Shown here piece by piece: positions 1 through 9,886 of a DNA stretch of 59,328 bases (positions are counted from its first letter, which is position 1; every line of letters starts with the position of its first letter). The notes under the pieces were generated by a model. It worked only from the letters and a program-made list of their open reading frames with translations. It was not told the origin of the DNA and did no database searches. A program made the position numbers and the translations under genes. This DNA is from Elusimicrobiota bacterium (lineage in GTDB: Bacteria > Elusimicrobiota > Elusimicrobia > F11), in assembly GCA_003140895.1 (NCBI GenBank), contig PLLH01000035.1, forward strand, positions 1-59,328, in the 5' to 3' direction.

Positions 1-349
1 GAACGCCTTGCCCCAAGATGACGCCCGCTTCTTTCGCGCGCGCTTCCAGGATTCTCGCGATCAACGATTGTTTTCGCATCCCGGTGACATTTTCAATTTT
101 GGCATCCACAGCCAATTGAACCAGGTCGGCCATGCTCATTTTGGCCAGCATTCCCCCATCCAGGTGGTTCTTGCTGCTAACATAGGAAGCCTGCGTTGTG
201 ACGCTGGGCGTTTCCTGTTTCTTTTCCGCCCCCGGATCATTGGATGTGAGTGTCGGTGGGGGTGTCGGTGTCGGCACCTGTGCCTCCCCGTTGGGGCGGT
301 CCGGATGCGGCTTGTGATCGTGATGCGATTCTTCGCGATGTGATTCCAT
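1..349 (-). CDS. rho: Transcription termination factor Rho, N-terminal part (3-prime end lies outside the window)
   Basis: Absent from the ORF track because it runs off the window. Hand translation of the minus strand from ATG 349 (AAGGAGGACAC precedes it) gives MESHREESHHDHKPHPD...LAKMSMADLVQLAVDAKIENVTGMRKQSLIARILEARAKEAGVILGQGV. This matches the Rho N-terminal helix-bundle signature (E. coli ...LARMRKQDIIFAILKQHAK...IFGDGVLE). Confidence 0.75.
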   Translation of the reverse strand, partial: MESHREESHHDHKPHPDRPNGEAQVPTPTPPPTLTSNDPGAEKKQETPSVTTQASYVSSKNHLDGGMLAKMSMADLVQLAVDAKIENVTGMRKQSLIARILEARAKEAGVILGQGV

Positions 350-358
350 GTGTCCTCC

Positions 359-1003
359 TTAAACGTTTAAATCGTTGGGTTCAACAATTTTGCGACAAAT
401 ACGGCTGACTTGCTTTTTTGTATCCATTAATCTTCCATTGTTATTAACAACAAAATCGGCTTTCTTGTTTTTTTCGGCGAGGGGCCACTGGGCTTTCATT
501 CGCCTCAGCGACTCCGGTTGAGGCATTCCCTTTTTTTTAAGCCGTTTCAGCCGAACCGCGCGGCTTGCGTGAACGACAACAACCTGATCAAACAAAGCGT
601 CCCAACCGCATTCGTACAACAACGGGATCTCACAAACGGCCAGGGTTCCTTTTCGGCGCCTCAACGCATCCTGAAGGGCTTTTTTCACCCGGGGATGAAC
701 CCAGGATTCAAGGCGCCGCCGCTCCTGACTTGAATGAAACACCACCTGCGCCAATTTTTTACGATCCAGTTGATGGCGCCGCGTCAAAAGGGCGCGACCG
801 AAATGGTGGACGAGCGTTTTCCTCAACGACGCGTCATGCTTAAAAAGGTGCCGGACCATCGCATCAGCGCTCAACCCGAAAGCCCCACACGAACGAAAAA
901 AATCCAAAACGGCCGATTTGCCAGATCCCAGCCCCCCAGTCAGGGCCACCACATGCCGCCACTGCTTTTGACTGACAATCCGCTTAGTGTTTTGTCGAGG
1001 CAT
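359..1003 (-). CDS. coaE: Dephospho-CoA kinase
   Basis: 214-aa ORF with the N-terminal P-loop ALTGGLGSGKS. Size and layout are typical of CoaE. Confidence 0.85.
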   Translation of the reverse strand: MPRQNTKRIVSQKQWRHVVALTGGLGSGKSAVLDFFRSCGAFGLSADAMVRHLFKHDASLRKTLVHHFGRALLTRRHQLDRKKLAQVVFHSSQERRRLESWVHPRVKKALQDALRRRKGTLAVCEIPLLYECGWDALFDQVVVVHASRAVRLKRLKKKGMPQPESLRRMKAQWPLAEKNKKADFVVNNNGRLMDTKKQVSRICRKIVEPNDLNV

Positions 1004-1772
1004 ACCGCTTCATGATGTCATGTTCATTTTCCGTCAAACTTTGGAGACCTTCGGAAGAAATCTTATCGAGGATACGGTCGACTTCCGAAGAGAGAGGTTC
1101 CTCGGGAGAACTCGGATTGTCTTGGTAGAGCTCGAAATGCGGCTGACGGGAGAATTGTGAAAACGACAGGTTCCGCACAAAAGAAAACCAAATTGGGAAT
1201 TTAAAGTAAAGATATCCCGTTAACATTCCTCCCAAATGAGCGAAGTGAGCGATCCGGGACCCTCCGCTTCCCATCGCTGAAAAAAGCGCCAACGCCGCGA
1301 AGAAAAGGACCGAATGAATCGCCCGGAGCGGGAAGAGAAAATACAAATAGAGAACCGTGTCCGGATACATCAGCCCAAACGCCAGGAGAACCCCGTAAAT
1401 CCCGCCCGAGGCCCCCACCACCATGGCGTGCGGAGCGACGATCGTTTGAGTTAACGCGGCGCCCAGAACGCAAATAAAGTAGAAGCGAAGAAACCGGGGC
1501 GTTCCCAGGCCCGCTTCAACATGCGGCCCCAAAAACCACAACGACATCATATTGACCAACAGATGAAGCCAATTCCCATGCAAAAAGGAATACGTCACCA
1601 ACTGCCAAACCCACCCTTTATGAATCACATCATCCGGGGTGAGCGCCAGATACGGTGTGATGAAATCCGGGAAGGCCATCTGAACAAAAAACACGACGAC
1701 GTTGGCGATCACCAACCCCTTAATCCCGCTAGGAAGTTGATCAAAAAGGCCGACAGACTGCCTGTTCCTCAT
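984..1772 (-). CDS. Rhomboid-family intramembrane serine protease
   Basis: 262-aa polytopic protein with the catalytic Ser motif GASGGIYG and His motif AHLGGML. ATGA overlap with the polA stop. Confidence 0.85.
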   Translation of the reverse strand: MRNRQSVGLFDQLPSGIKGLVIANVVVFFVQMAFPDFITPYLALTPDDVIHKGWVWQLVTYSFLHGNWLHLLVNMMSLWFLGPHVEAGLGTPRFLRFYFICVLGAALTQTIVAPHAMVVGASGGIYGVLLAFGLMYPDTVLYLYFLFPLRAIHSVLFFAALALFSAMGSGGSRIAHFAHLGGMLTGYLYFKFPIWFSFVRNLSFSQFSRQPHFELYQDNPSSPEEPLSSEVDRILDKISSEGLQSLTENEHDIMKRYASTKH

Positions 1773-4477
1773 ACCGGCACCTCGCGCGCCATCTTTTTCA
1801 TGTCATTCCAATTGGCCCCTATCTTTAAATCCACCACGAGGGGAACCCGAAGAGGGAAAGCCGATTCCATTCCCCGCCGGACCAATTCCACGACGACGTC
1901 CAATTCGTCGTTCGGCACATCGAACAAAAGCTCATCATGGACCTGCACCAGCATCCGTGTTTTGAGAGCCTTTTCCACCAATTCGTGATACACGTTGATC
2001 ATGGCCGCCTTAATGATATCGGCGGAACTACCTTGAATCGGCGTGTTAATGGCGATCCGTTCCGCGAAGCCTCGAAGGCTCCCGTTTTTGGAGGTGATGT
2101 CTTTCACCTGTCGCCGTCTTCCAGCCAGCGTCGACACCCACCCCGTCTGACGGGCCACCTCAAGAGTCCGGTCGATCCAGACCCGAACGCCGGCATACTT
2201 TTCAAAATAGGCTTTAATGAACGCCTGTGCCTCCTCCATGGGAATTCCAAGCCCTTGAGAAAGGCCATACGCTTGTTGCCCATAGACGATGCCGAAATTA
2301 ATCGCTTTCGCGCGCCGCCGCATCTCCTCTGTCACGTGATCGGGCGGCGCATGAAAAACCGCGGAGGCCGTTGAACGATGCACATCCCCCCCCGCCTCAA
2401 ATGTTTTAATAAGAAGTGGATCTTCCGACATGTGAGCCAGCGCGCGCAAATCAATCTGAGAATAGTCAGCCGACAGAAGAACATTTCCTTGTGACGCTAC
2501 AAAAGCTTTTCGAATTCGCCGGCCGTGCTCGGACCGGATGGGGATATTTTGGAGATTGGGATCACTGGAACTTAACCGCCCGGTCGCCGTTCCGGTCTGA
2601 TTAAACGAGGTATGAACCCGATGACTCACGGGATCCGCCTGCTCCAAGAGCGAATCAACGTACGTCGATATTAATTTGGCGAGTTCCCGATACGCGATCA
2701 TTTTTTCACAAATGGGATGCTGCTGGGCCAAGCGCGTCAACACCTCTTCATCGGTGGAATACCCCGTCTTCGTTTTTTTGACGACGGGGAGTTTTAATTT
2801 TTCAAAGAGGATATGCCCCAGTTGTTTCGGGGAATTAATAAGAAACGGTTCGCCGGCCAGCGCGTGAATCTCCGACTCTAAGCCGCGCCGTTCCTCACTC
2901 AATTGTTTTCCGACCCCCGCCAGATACTCCACATCCACGGCCAATCCCGCCGATTCCATGGCCTGAATCACTTTCACGAGCGGCATTTCGAATTGGTTAA
3001 ACAGATCCCATAAATGGGCTTCGTCCAACTGTTTCGAAAAAAGAGCGGTGAGCCGGATCACGACTTCGGAGTCGGCCCCGGCGTAAAGAGAAGCCTGCTC
3101 GATGGTCACGTCGGAGAAATTGCCGTCTTTGCTGTCGCCAATCAGCTCCTGTATCCGCGTCATGCGCTCGCCCAAAATCGACCCGGCCATTTCTTTCAAC
3201 GAATAACTGCTTCGCGCCGGATCCAGACAATACGCGGCGATCATCGTGTCGAAACAGGGATCCGCCACCTGAATTCCAAACCGTTCAAGAATCTTATTGT
3301 CAAACTTAACGTTTTGCCCCGCCTTTTTAAGACGCGGACTTTCCAAAAACGGTTTAAGCGCGGTTCTCACTTTTTCCCAGGGAAGTTGCTCCGGCGCCCC
3401 CAAATAGCGGTGCGCGATCGGAATATACCACGCCTCATTTTCTTTACATGAAAGCGACACCCCGACGATAGAACAGGTGCGTGAATTCAAGCCGTCCGTT
3501 TCAAGGTCATAAGCGAGGAGCCCGGCTGTCCCTAAGGTTTTCGTTAACGCATCCAGCTCGGCCGCCGTCAGGACAACCCGAACCGTCCGCGTCGCGTTGG
3601 TTTGCCAACTCGACTCTTGGCTGACGCCGCTAACGCCATAGAGTTCCTGCTTAAATTCCAACCGCTGCATAAGGGCCGCTAAGGCCGCCGGATCATACGG
3701 GCGCATTGTGAGCGACTCCACGCTCAAGTCAACCGGAACATCCTCTTTAAGCCGGATGAGGGATCTGTTCCTCATCACCGTCTCGCGATGAGTGAGGATC
3801 TTTTCCTTGATCGGCAGCGGGCTCTCTTGAATTTTACTGAAGAGGTTTTCAAGATTTCCGTACTCTAGGATGAGTTTCGCCGCTGTCTTGGCTCCCACGC
3901 CGGGGACACCCGGAACGTTATCCACTTTGTCGCCCATCAAACAAAAATAATCGGTCAACTGATCCACCGAAATCCCATAGCGCTCCTGAACTTTCGCGGC
4001 ATCGTACTCGACGTCTCTCACTTCATCGCGCACATGAACGTTTTCCGCCACCAACTGGAGAATATCTTTGTCTCCGCTTAAAATCAGAACCTGATAGCCG
4101 TGTTTCACCCCGAACGCGGTGAGAGTGGCAATCAAATCATCGGCCTCATACCCTTCTTTTTTCAAGCAGGGCAACCCCCACGCCTGCGCGAGTTCCTCCG
4201 CCAGGGGAAGTTGGGAAATCAGGTTGTCTTCCGGGGCTTCACGGGTGGCCTTATAATCGGAAAATTCCTTGTGCCGGAACGTGGGGGCGGGCGTATCAAA
4301 ACAAACGCCGATCAAATCGGGCTTTTCCGATTTCAACACTTTGGAAATCATCCGGGAAAAACCATAAATGGCATTGATGGGCTGCCCCTGGGAGGTGGTC
4401 AACAAAGGAAGCGCGTGATAAGCGCGATGCAGGTAACCGCTGGCGTCAAAGAGACAGAGTTTTGGCATAGACGTCAT
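1769..4477 (-). CDS. polA: DNA polymerase I
   Basis: 5-3 exonuclease N-terminus (LFDASGYLHRAYHA) and family-A polymerase motifs DYSQIDLR, RRRAKAINFGIVYG and QVHDELLF. The track ORF extends to 4513. I prefer ATG 4477 (MTSMPKLCLFD...), which forms an ATGA overlap with the stop of the upstream gene. Confidence 0.95.
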   Translation of the reverse strand: MTSMPKLCLFDASGYLHRAYHALPLLTTSQGQPINAIYGFSRMISKVLKSEKPDLIGVCFDTPAPTFRHKEFSDYKATREAPEDNLISQLPLAEELAQAWGLPCLKKEGYEADDLIATLTAFGVKHGYQVLILSGDKDILQLVAENVHVRDEVRDVEYDAAKVQERYGISVDQLTDYFCLMGDKVDNVPGVPGVGAKTAAKLILEYGNLENLFSKIQESPLPIKEKILTHRETVMRNRSLIRLKEDVPVDLSVESLTMRPYDPAALAALMQRLEFKQELYGVSGVSQESSWQTNATRTVRVVLTAAELDALTKTLGTAGLLAYDLETDGLNSRTCSIVGVSLSCKENEAWYIPIAHRYLGAPEQLPWEKVRTALKPFLESPRLKKAGQNVKFDNKILERFGIQVADPCFDTMIAAYCLDPARSSYSLKEMAGSILGERMTRIQELIGDSKDGNFSDVTIEQASLYAGADSEVVIRLTALFSKQLDEAHLWDLFNQFEMPLVKVIQAMESAGLAVDVEYLAGVGKQLSEERRGLESEIHALAGEPFLINSPKQLGHILFEKLKLPVVKKTKTGYSTDEEVLTRLAQQHPICEKMIAYRELAKLISTYVDSLLEQADPVSHRVHTSFNQTGTATGRLSSSDPNLQNIPIRSEHGRRIRKAFVASQGNVLLSADYSQIDLRALAHMSEDPLLIKTFEAGGDVHRSTASAVFHAPPDHVTEEMRRRAKAINFGIVYGQQAYGLSQGLGIPMEEAQAFIKAYFEKYAGVRVWIDRTLEVARQTGWVSTLAGRRRQVKDITSKNGSLRGFAERIAINTPIQGSSADIIKAAMINVYHELVEKALKTRMLVQVHDELLFDVPNDELDVVVELVRRGMESAFPLRVPLVVDLKIGANWNDMKKMAREVPV

Positions 4478-5010
4478 TTCATCTTCAGCAAACGATCCAG
4501 ATCTTCCCGCCACTTCATTTCAAGCGATGGGTGATATCCGTCCCACGCGTCCACGACGTATCCTTCTTTATCAATAATGAAAAAGGCGGGAATGCCCCGA
4601 ATCTGATATCGAGAGGAAATATCGGAATCGCCGGCCATAATCACCTTGTTCGTCACTCCCTTTTCTCGAACAAACCGGGTCACGACACCTTCGGTTTGGT
4701 CCAAACTAATGCTGACAAATTCGACGCTTTTCCCTCTATAGTCTTTCACCAATTTCTCGACCAGGGGAAGAGACATAATGCAGGGAGGGCACCACGTCGC
4801 CCAAAAATCGAGGAAGACCACTTTCCCTTTTAATTTCGATAGGGAAACCTTGTCGCCCGAGAGGCTCATCAACTCAAACGCAGGCGCCTTGACCCGTCTT
4901 GCCTGATTGGGAGAAACAGAGCCACCGGATTCGGTGGGACCGGCTTGAGAACCGCAGCCCAACAGCAAGGCCAAGGCACACAATGTCACAGAAAGGCGTG
5001 GTCGTATCAT
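4474..5010 (-). CDS. TlpA/ResA-like thiol:disulfide oxidoreductase lipoprotein
   Basis: Lipoprotein-type signal (LALLLGC) and thioredoxin-fold CxxC (WATWCPPC). Confidence 0.8.
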   Translation of the reverse strand: MIRPRLSVTLCALALLLGCGSQAGPTESGGSVSPNQARRVKAPAFELMSLSGDKVSLSKLKGKVVFLDFWATWCPPCIMSLPLVEKLVKDYRGKSVEFVSISLDQTEGVVTRFVREKGVTNKVIMAGDSDISSRYQIRGIPAFFIIDKEGYVVDAWDGYHPSLEMKWREDLDRLLKMK

Positions 5011-5080
5011 GTTATTTTTTCAGAACACAAGGGAGTGGTGAAAACAAATCACCCCAATAGAGGTGCGTGCGGCTAAGAAA

Positions 5081-5401
5081 TTAGAAAAGCTTTTCGATAA
5101 CGGTTTTGATTTCCGGCTTCGGACGAGCCCCCGTTAATTGCTCAACGAGCTTTCCATTTTTGAAGAACAGTATCGTTGGAATAGCGGAGATCTGAAATTT
5201 CTCGGAAATCTCGGGGTTTTCATCGGTATTCACTTTGCCCACCTTCGCGCGACCAACGTATTCATTGGCCAGTTCCGCCACGATGGGCGTCAACATCCGG
5301 CACGGACCGCACCACGGAGCCCAAAAATCAACCATCACCGGAACCTTGGACTGAAGGACTTCCGCGTCAAAATTACCATCTGTGATTTGTATTTCGCTCA
5401 T
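5081..5401 (-). CDS. trxA: Thioredoxin
   Basis: 106 aa with the canonical WCGPC active site. Confidence 0.95.
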   Translation of the reverse strand: MSEIQITDGNFDAEVLQSKVPVMVDFWAPWCGPCRMLTPIVAELANEYVGRAKVGKVNTDENPEISEKFQISAIPTILFFKNGKLVEQLTGARPKPEIKTVIEKLF

Positions 5402-5489
5402 GAAGTTATCTCGGTTGTTCTCGAAGGTGCTGGGATTCTAATACACGCACCCACGAGTGTCAAACATTTTATTCCGCCCAGAAAAACGG

Positions 5490-6437
5490 CTACTGCGACG
5501 GCGGGGACGACAAGCGCTGCACCTGATCTTCCAATTCCCTCAACTGTTTCTTTTGATGTTCCCATGTTTGGCGCTCTCTCTCCCATAATTCACGATACTG
5601 CGCTTGTTCTTTTTGCCACGACGCCCGAAGAGTCTCCCGTTCATCTTTGCCCATCCGGAGTTCCGTCGCCGCATGTTCCAGCTGTTTGGTCAAATCTAGA
5701 ATAGACTGATTCAGTTCTTTCACCTTGTCTTTCGATACCCCAAGCTCGTTCGTTCGAAGAGCCTTTTCTTCGTCCATCGTTCGAAGCAAATGATCCCGGC
5801 GTTCAATCTCTCCCCGCATCAAATCAACTTTCCGCTCCAAGCTTTGGATTAAATCGTCTTTGGCTTCAACCTGGGAGGCCTGTTTTTTCTCAAGCTCCAG
5901 ACGCTGTTCCGACGAAGCCACGTCATCTTTCTTTAGAACATCAATCGTTCGATGAAGTTCCTTGATCTGTTGATTGAGATGCGTTTCCCTCTGCTCGGCT
6001 TTTTTTCGATCCAGGTCCAAGGCCACCCGAGCCCGGGTCAATTGTTCTTCGACGCGTTGACGCTCCTCCTCCCAACTGAGCTTGATCCTATCCGACCGCT
6101 TTTGAAAATCCGCGTATTCTCCCGATTGCATCTCTTTCACGGCTTCTTCAAATAATCTCAAGGACCGCGTTTCCTCGCTGAGCGTGGCCAGCTTTTCCTC
6201 CAGGCCTTTCATCTCCTCGTGGAGCGCTTCAATCTGCGACTCCTTGGCTTTCACAATCTCGGCATTTTGGTCCTCGAGCATTTTCACTCGTTGACGGAAA
6301 TAGTCCCAACTTTTTTTAACCAGAAAATGATCCGACGCGAGCGGCCCTTCTCGATAGGCGCTCGAGAGCGGGATCGTTTTCTGATCCAAATGCTCGAAGG
6401 CATCGTCAAACAACTTATCTATTTCAGGATAGTCCAT
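5490..6437 (-). CDS. Hypothetical coiled-coil protein (E/K/R/Q/L-rich, Trp-punctuated)
   Basis: 315 aa with no TM segment or signal peptide. Heptad-like charged sequence after a ~55-aa N-terminal segment. Starts 7 nt after the stop of the receiver gene, so it is probably co-transcribed. Confidence 0.6.
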   Translation of the reverse strand: MDYPEIDKLFDDAFEHLDQKTIPLSSAYREGPLASDHFLVKKSWDYFRQRVKMLEDQNAEIVKAKESQIEALHEEMKGLEEKLATLSEETRSLRLFEEAVKEMQSGEYADFQKRSDRIKLSWEEERQRVEEQLTRARVALDLDRKKAEQRETHLNQQIKELHRTIDVLKKDDVASSEQRLELEKKQASQVEAKDDLIQSLERKVDLMRGEIERRDHLLRTMDEEKALRTNELGVSKDKVKELNQSILDLTKQLEHAATELRMGKDERETLRASWQKEQAQYRELWERERQTWEHQKKQLRELEDQVQRLSSPPSQ

Positions 6438-6444
6438 AACGTGT

Positions 6445-6819
6445 TCACACCGTCTTTAATAATTTATTCAATTCCAACAAAAAGTTTTTGACTTCAAACG
6501 GTTTGGCCATGTAGGCCGAGGCTCCCGCCGCGCGGATTTTTTCCTCATTCTTCGTTGTGTCATATCCGGTCAACGCAAAAATGGGGATGTTTTTTGTCTT
6601 AGGAAACGCCCTTAACTGTTCGCACACTTCAAACCCCGTGATTCCCGGCATCATCAGGTCCAGGATGACAACGCTCCATCCTCCCGACTTCCATCCCCCT
6701 TTTTTGAAATCCTTCCCATCCGATAAATGATGGACTTCGGCGTTTTCAAAAAATCCTTTAAAAATAGAAATGATCGTCTCCGACACATCCGGATCGTCTT
6801 CGATCAGAAGCACCTTCAT
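6445..6819 (-). CDS. Response regulator, receiver domain only
   Basis: MKVLLIEDDPD... with the phospho-acceptor context VVILDLMMPG and no output domain. Start moved from 6897 to ATG 6819, giving an ATGA overlap with the kinase stop. Confidence 0.85.
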   Translation of the reverse strand: MKVLLIEDDPDVSETIISIFKGFFENAEVHHLSDGKDFKKGGWKSGGWSVVILDLMMPGITGFEVCEQLRAFPKTKNIPIFALTGYDTTKNEEKIRAAGASAYMAKPFEVKNFLLELNKLLKTV

Positions 6820-8363
6820 GCCGCTCCTTCCATAAGAGCGCTCCGGGCCCCCCCATGAACAAACGCCCCTTTCACCGGAAGAGAAAAATGGAAGCACGCG
6901 CCATGACTCAAACCGTCGCTCTCCACCGTCAAGTCACCGCCATGTTTACGAACGATGCCCATCGAGACCGACAATCCCAACCCCGTTCCTTTTCCAATCT
7001 CTTTGGTCGTGAAGAACGGCTCGAATATGCGGTTCAAATGATCTTGTGAGATACCGATCCCCGTGTCTCTGACGAGGATTTCCACCCACGGCCCGCTGGC
7101 TGTTTTGGGATGCCCGCCTTGCCGGCGATCCATGATGGCCAACGGCCGGCTATGCGTTCGGGTTTCAAGAGTCAACGTTCCCCCTTGGGGCATGGCTTGG
7201 ATGGCGTTGTTGATCAGATTTAAAAAGACCTGCTGCAATTCCGAGGCGTTCCCCTGGACCCGAGGCAAATTTTTCCCGAATCGCTTATCCATATTAACGC
7301 GCGTCCCTTTCATGTCGGCTTCGCACAAATCCATCGTCACGATCAACAATTCATTGACGTCGATATCTTCAAATGTGGCCTGCCCGGGTCTTGAGAAATC
7401 GAGCAGGCCTCGAACGATTTTTTTACAGCGGAGCGCCGCCTGCTCAATTTTCTTTAGTTGCGCGTAAGACGGATCTGTTTCAGGAAGTTTGGCTAAGAGA
7501 ATTTGGGCTTGCCCCAAGACCCCCGTGAGCGGATTGTTGATTTCATGCGCCACGCCGCCCGCCAATTGACCCACAGCGCTCATCCGGTCCATATGAACGG
7601 CTTGCAGTTGGAGTTGCTTGACGTTTTCGGCCATGGTGTTGAAGGATTTCGCCAATTCGCCGAATTCATTCGAAATCATCAGCTCAATGCGATGATCCCA
7701 ATGCCCCCTTCCAAACTCTTCGGCGCCTTTTTTAAGAACTTCCAACGGCCTCATAACGGCTTGATAAAGGGTTCGAAACAAAACAACGCCCAAAATCACC
7801 GCGAACAGGACCACAATAAAAACCACAATACCGGCCCGGTCACTCAACAAACGCGACGTTTCGAATTGCGCCGCGGCCATGGCCGAGTGATCTTTTTCAA
7901 GCTGATTCACGCGGTCAAAAAACGTTTGAAATTTCGGAAATAGATTCGACGTCGTTTCGTCGTAGGCTTTGGCGATGAGCCCTTTTTCATAGAGGACCGT
8001 CGCTTTCTTGGCGGCTTCATTGGAATTTTGAAAGAGATCGGACAAGTCGGCGTGCCACGCCGGGACGCGGCCGCCGTTCTGTTTGGAATAATCGTCCAAG
8101 ACGGCCTTCGCCTGACGAGACGCTTCTTCAAATTTCAATAGCTCCTGGGCATCCCCCAAAAGAAGATACTGGCTCAACGAGGCTTTTTGCTGTCTGACAG
8201 AGGAGCGGAAGTCCCGAATGGCATTGAGCGAGTCCATGGCCTCCATGGAACCGCGAAAGGCATTAACGATCGTGCGGCTTCCCAGCCAAGACACCCCTCC
8301 AATGACGAGCAACAGGCCCGTCATGAGGAGAATAAATGAGGCAAGTCTTTTTCGAATACTCAT
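6816..8363 (-). CDS. Sensor histidine kinase with a helical extracytoplasmic sensor and HAMP-like linker
   Basis: Two TM segments flank a ~150-aa helical segment. H-box VAHEINNPL, N-box NLINNAIQA, G-boxes DTGIGI and GTGLGLS. Confidence 0.9.
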   Translation of the reverse strand: MSIRKRLASFILLMTGLLLVIGGVSWLGSRTIVNAFRGSMEAMDSLNAIRDFRSSVRQQKASLSQYLLLGDAQELLKFEEASRQAKAVLDDYSKQNGGRVPAWHADLSDLFQNSNEAAKKATVLYEKGLIAKAYDETTSNLFPKFQTFFDRVNQLEKDHSAMAAAQFETSRLLSDRAGIVVFIVVLFAVILGVVLFRTLYQAVMRPLEVLKKGAEEFGRGHWDHRIELMISNEFGELAKSFNTMAENVKQLQLQAVHMDRMSAVGQLAGGVAHEINNPLTGVLGQAQILLAKLPETDPSYAQLKKIEQAALRCKKIVRGLLDFSRPGQATFEDIDVNELLIVTMDLCEADMKGTRVNMDKRFGKNLPRVQGNASELQQVFLNLINNAIQAMPQGGTLTLETRTHSRPLAIMDRRQGGHPKTASGPWVEILVRDTGIGISQDHLNRIFEPFFTTKEIGKGTGLGLSVSMGIVRKHGGDLTVESDGLSHGACFHFSLPVKGAFVHGGARSALMEGAA

Positions 8364-8487
8364 ATCAAATCAATCTCCGAGCAGATCACTTATAAATGTA
8401 AGCAATAACCACGATTTTTCCAGACGTTTCTATAAGGAAGGCCGTGAGATGTTAAACCAGCGGGACGGATTCCTGCGGCAACGGGTC

Positions 8488-9480
8488 TCAAGAAAGGCCC
8501 ATCTGCGACCGAACCCGTAATGAATGAAGGGCCGACTTGGGGGTGTGTTTGGATTTAAAATACGCCGCCGCCGCGATCATGGCGGCGTTATCCGTGCTTA
8601 AGGAAACCGGAGCCAGCGAGAGCCGAAACCGCTCCTCCCGCGTTTTCCGAAGGAATTCATCTCGCAAAACCCGGTTGGCAATCACCCCACCGCCCACGAC
8701 AATTGTTTTCACCCCATGCGCTTTGGCCGCCGCTATTGTTTTCCCCACTAAAACATCGATGACCGCCGTTTGGAACCCGGCGCACACGTCCCGTTTCTGA
8801 GACGTCGTCCAGTGTTGTTGAGTCCGTAATTTATAGAGGACCGCCGTTTTTAGACCACTGAATGAAAAATCCCATGTTCCCGGAAGCCACGCGCGAGGAA
8901 ACGGGCAGAGGCTCCCGCGCCCCCAGCGAGCCATCTTCTCAACAATCGGTCCTCCGGGATATCCCAGCCCCATCATTTTGGCTACTTTATCGAACGCTTC
9001 CCCCGCCGCGTCGTCCCGGGTCCTGCCCAGCGTCCGGAAGTGCCCCCACTTTTTAACCAGAATTAAATCGGTATGCCCCCCCGAGACCACAAGTCCCAGA
9101 AAGGGAGGGGCCACCGTTTTGTCGGATAAGAGAGGAGAAAGAAGATGCCCTTCGATGTGATTAACGCCGATGACCGGCAAATTCATCGCCCAACCCAATG
9201 TTTGGGCCGTCATTTTTCCGACCAGAAGAGAGCCGATCAATCCGGGGCCCACCGTCACGGCAATGGCATCAAGACGAACGCGGCCGGACCCCATCGCTTG
9301 AGAAATGACGGAATTGATCCGCGACACGTGAGCCCGGCTGGCCAACTCAGGAACCACGCCGGAAAAAGGTTGGTGTAATTTTATTTGCGAGCTGACGACG
9401 CTGGCTAGAATGGTCCGGCCGTCTTTGACAATGGCGGCGGCCGTCTCGTCGCAGGAAGACTCAATACCGAGGATAATCAT
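8488..9480 (-). CDS. tsaD: tRNA N6-adenosine threonylcarbamoyltransferase
   Basis: MIILGIESSCDETAAAIV N-terminus and the HIEGH metal motif. 330 aa. Confidence 0.95.
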   Translation of the reverse strand: MIILGIESSCDETAAAIVKDGRTILASVVSSQIKLHQPFSGVVPELASRAHVSRINSVISQAMGSGRVRLDAIAVTVGPGLIGSLLVGKMTAQTLGWAMNLPVIGVNHIEGHLLSPLLSDKTVAPPFLGLVVSGGHTDLILVKKWGHFRTLGRTRDDAAGEAFDKVAKMMGLGYPGGPIVEKMARWGRGSLCPFPRAWLPGTWDFSFSGLKTAVLYKLRTQQHWTTSQKRDVCAGFQTAVIDVLVGKTIAAAKAHGVKTIVVGGGVIANRVLRDEFLRKTREERFRLSLAPVSLSTDNAAMIAAAAYFKSKHTPKSALHSLRVRSQMGLS

Positions 9481-9502
9481 GAAAAGGGATCAACGGAACA
9501 CG

Positions 9503-9886
9503 TTAAGACTTAAGAAACCGAATCTCCTGAAAAAGGTGACCGCCCCTCTTCACCTGGATCATCCGTTCGCCGTCTTTGGTTAACTCTTCGACAGTCGCCC
9601 CGGCGTCCTTCAGATCTCCGATCAATTCCTTACGCTGGCTTTCATCCATGTTTTTGAGCCCCAAACGGTTCACAACCCAATCTCCCTGAGCGTTCTTCTG
9701 AAGTTCATGCAGGCTATAGAGAATGTCTCGATTGCCAACACCGGAGTGAGAGAGGGAGGCGCGAAGAACCGTTTCAAGTTTCGCCCCCATCCGATGGGAG
9801 GAAAATCGAGCCGTTCCGACGGCAATGCCCCACAAGCCGCTGCCCGCCAGCGCCAGAAGGAGAGCGGAGAAAATTCGGCTCATCAT
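9503..9886 (-). CDS. Hypothetical secreted protein
   Basis: 127 aa with an N-terminal signal-like helix (IFSALLLALAGSGLWG). ATGA overlap with the ctpA stop. I recognise no family. Confidence 0.5.
   Translation of the reverse strand: MMSRIFSALLLALAGSGLWGIAVGTARFSSHRMGAKLETVLRASLSHSGVGNRDILYSLHELQKNAQGDWVVNRLGLKNMDESQRKELIGDLKDAGATVEELTKDGERMIQVKRGGHLFQEIRFLKS

Noticed and set aside
8-343. 111-aa plus-strand ORF at the left edge
   Set aside because: It is the mirror frame of the minus-strand rho 5-prime region. That region has a strong SD, an ATG at 349 and a clear Rho N-terminal signature. The plus-strand product is Arg/Cys-rich nonsense.
4478-4513. Extended polA N-terminus (MAGRSGSFAEDE...) overlapping the upstream gene by 40 nt
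   Set aside because: The internal ATG 4477 gives the canonical 5-3 exonuclease start and an ATGA overlap. The extension has no conservation logic.
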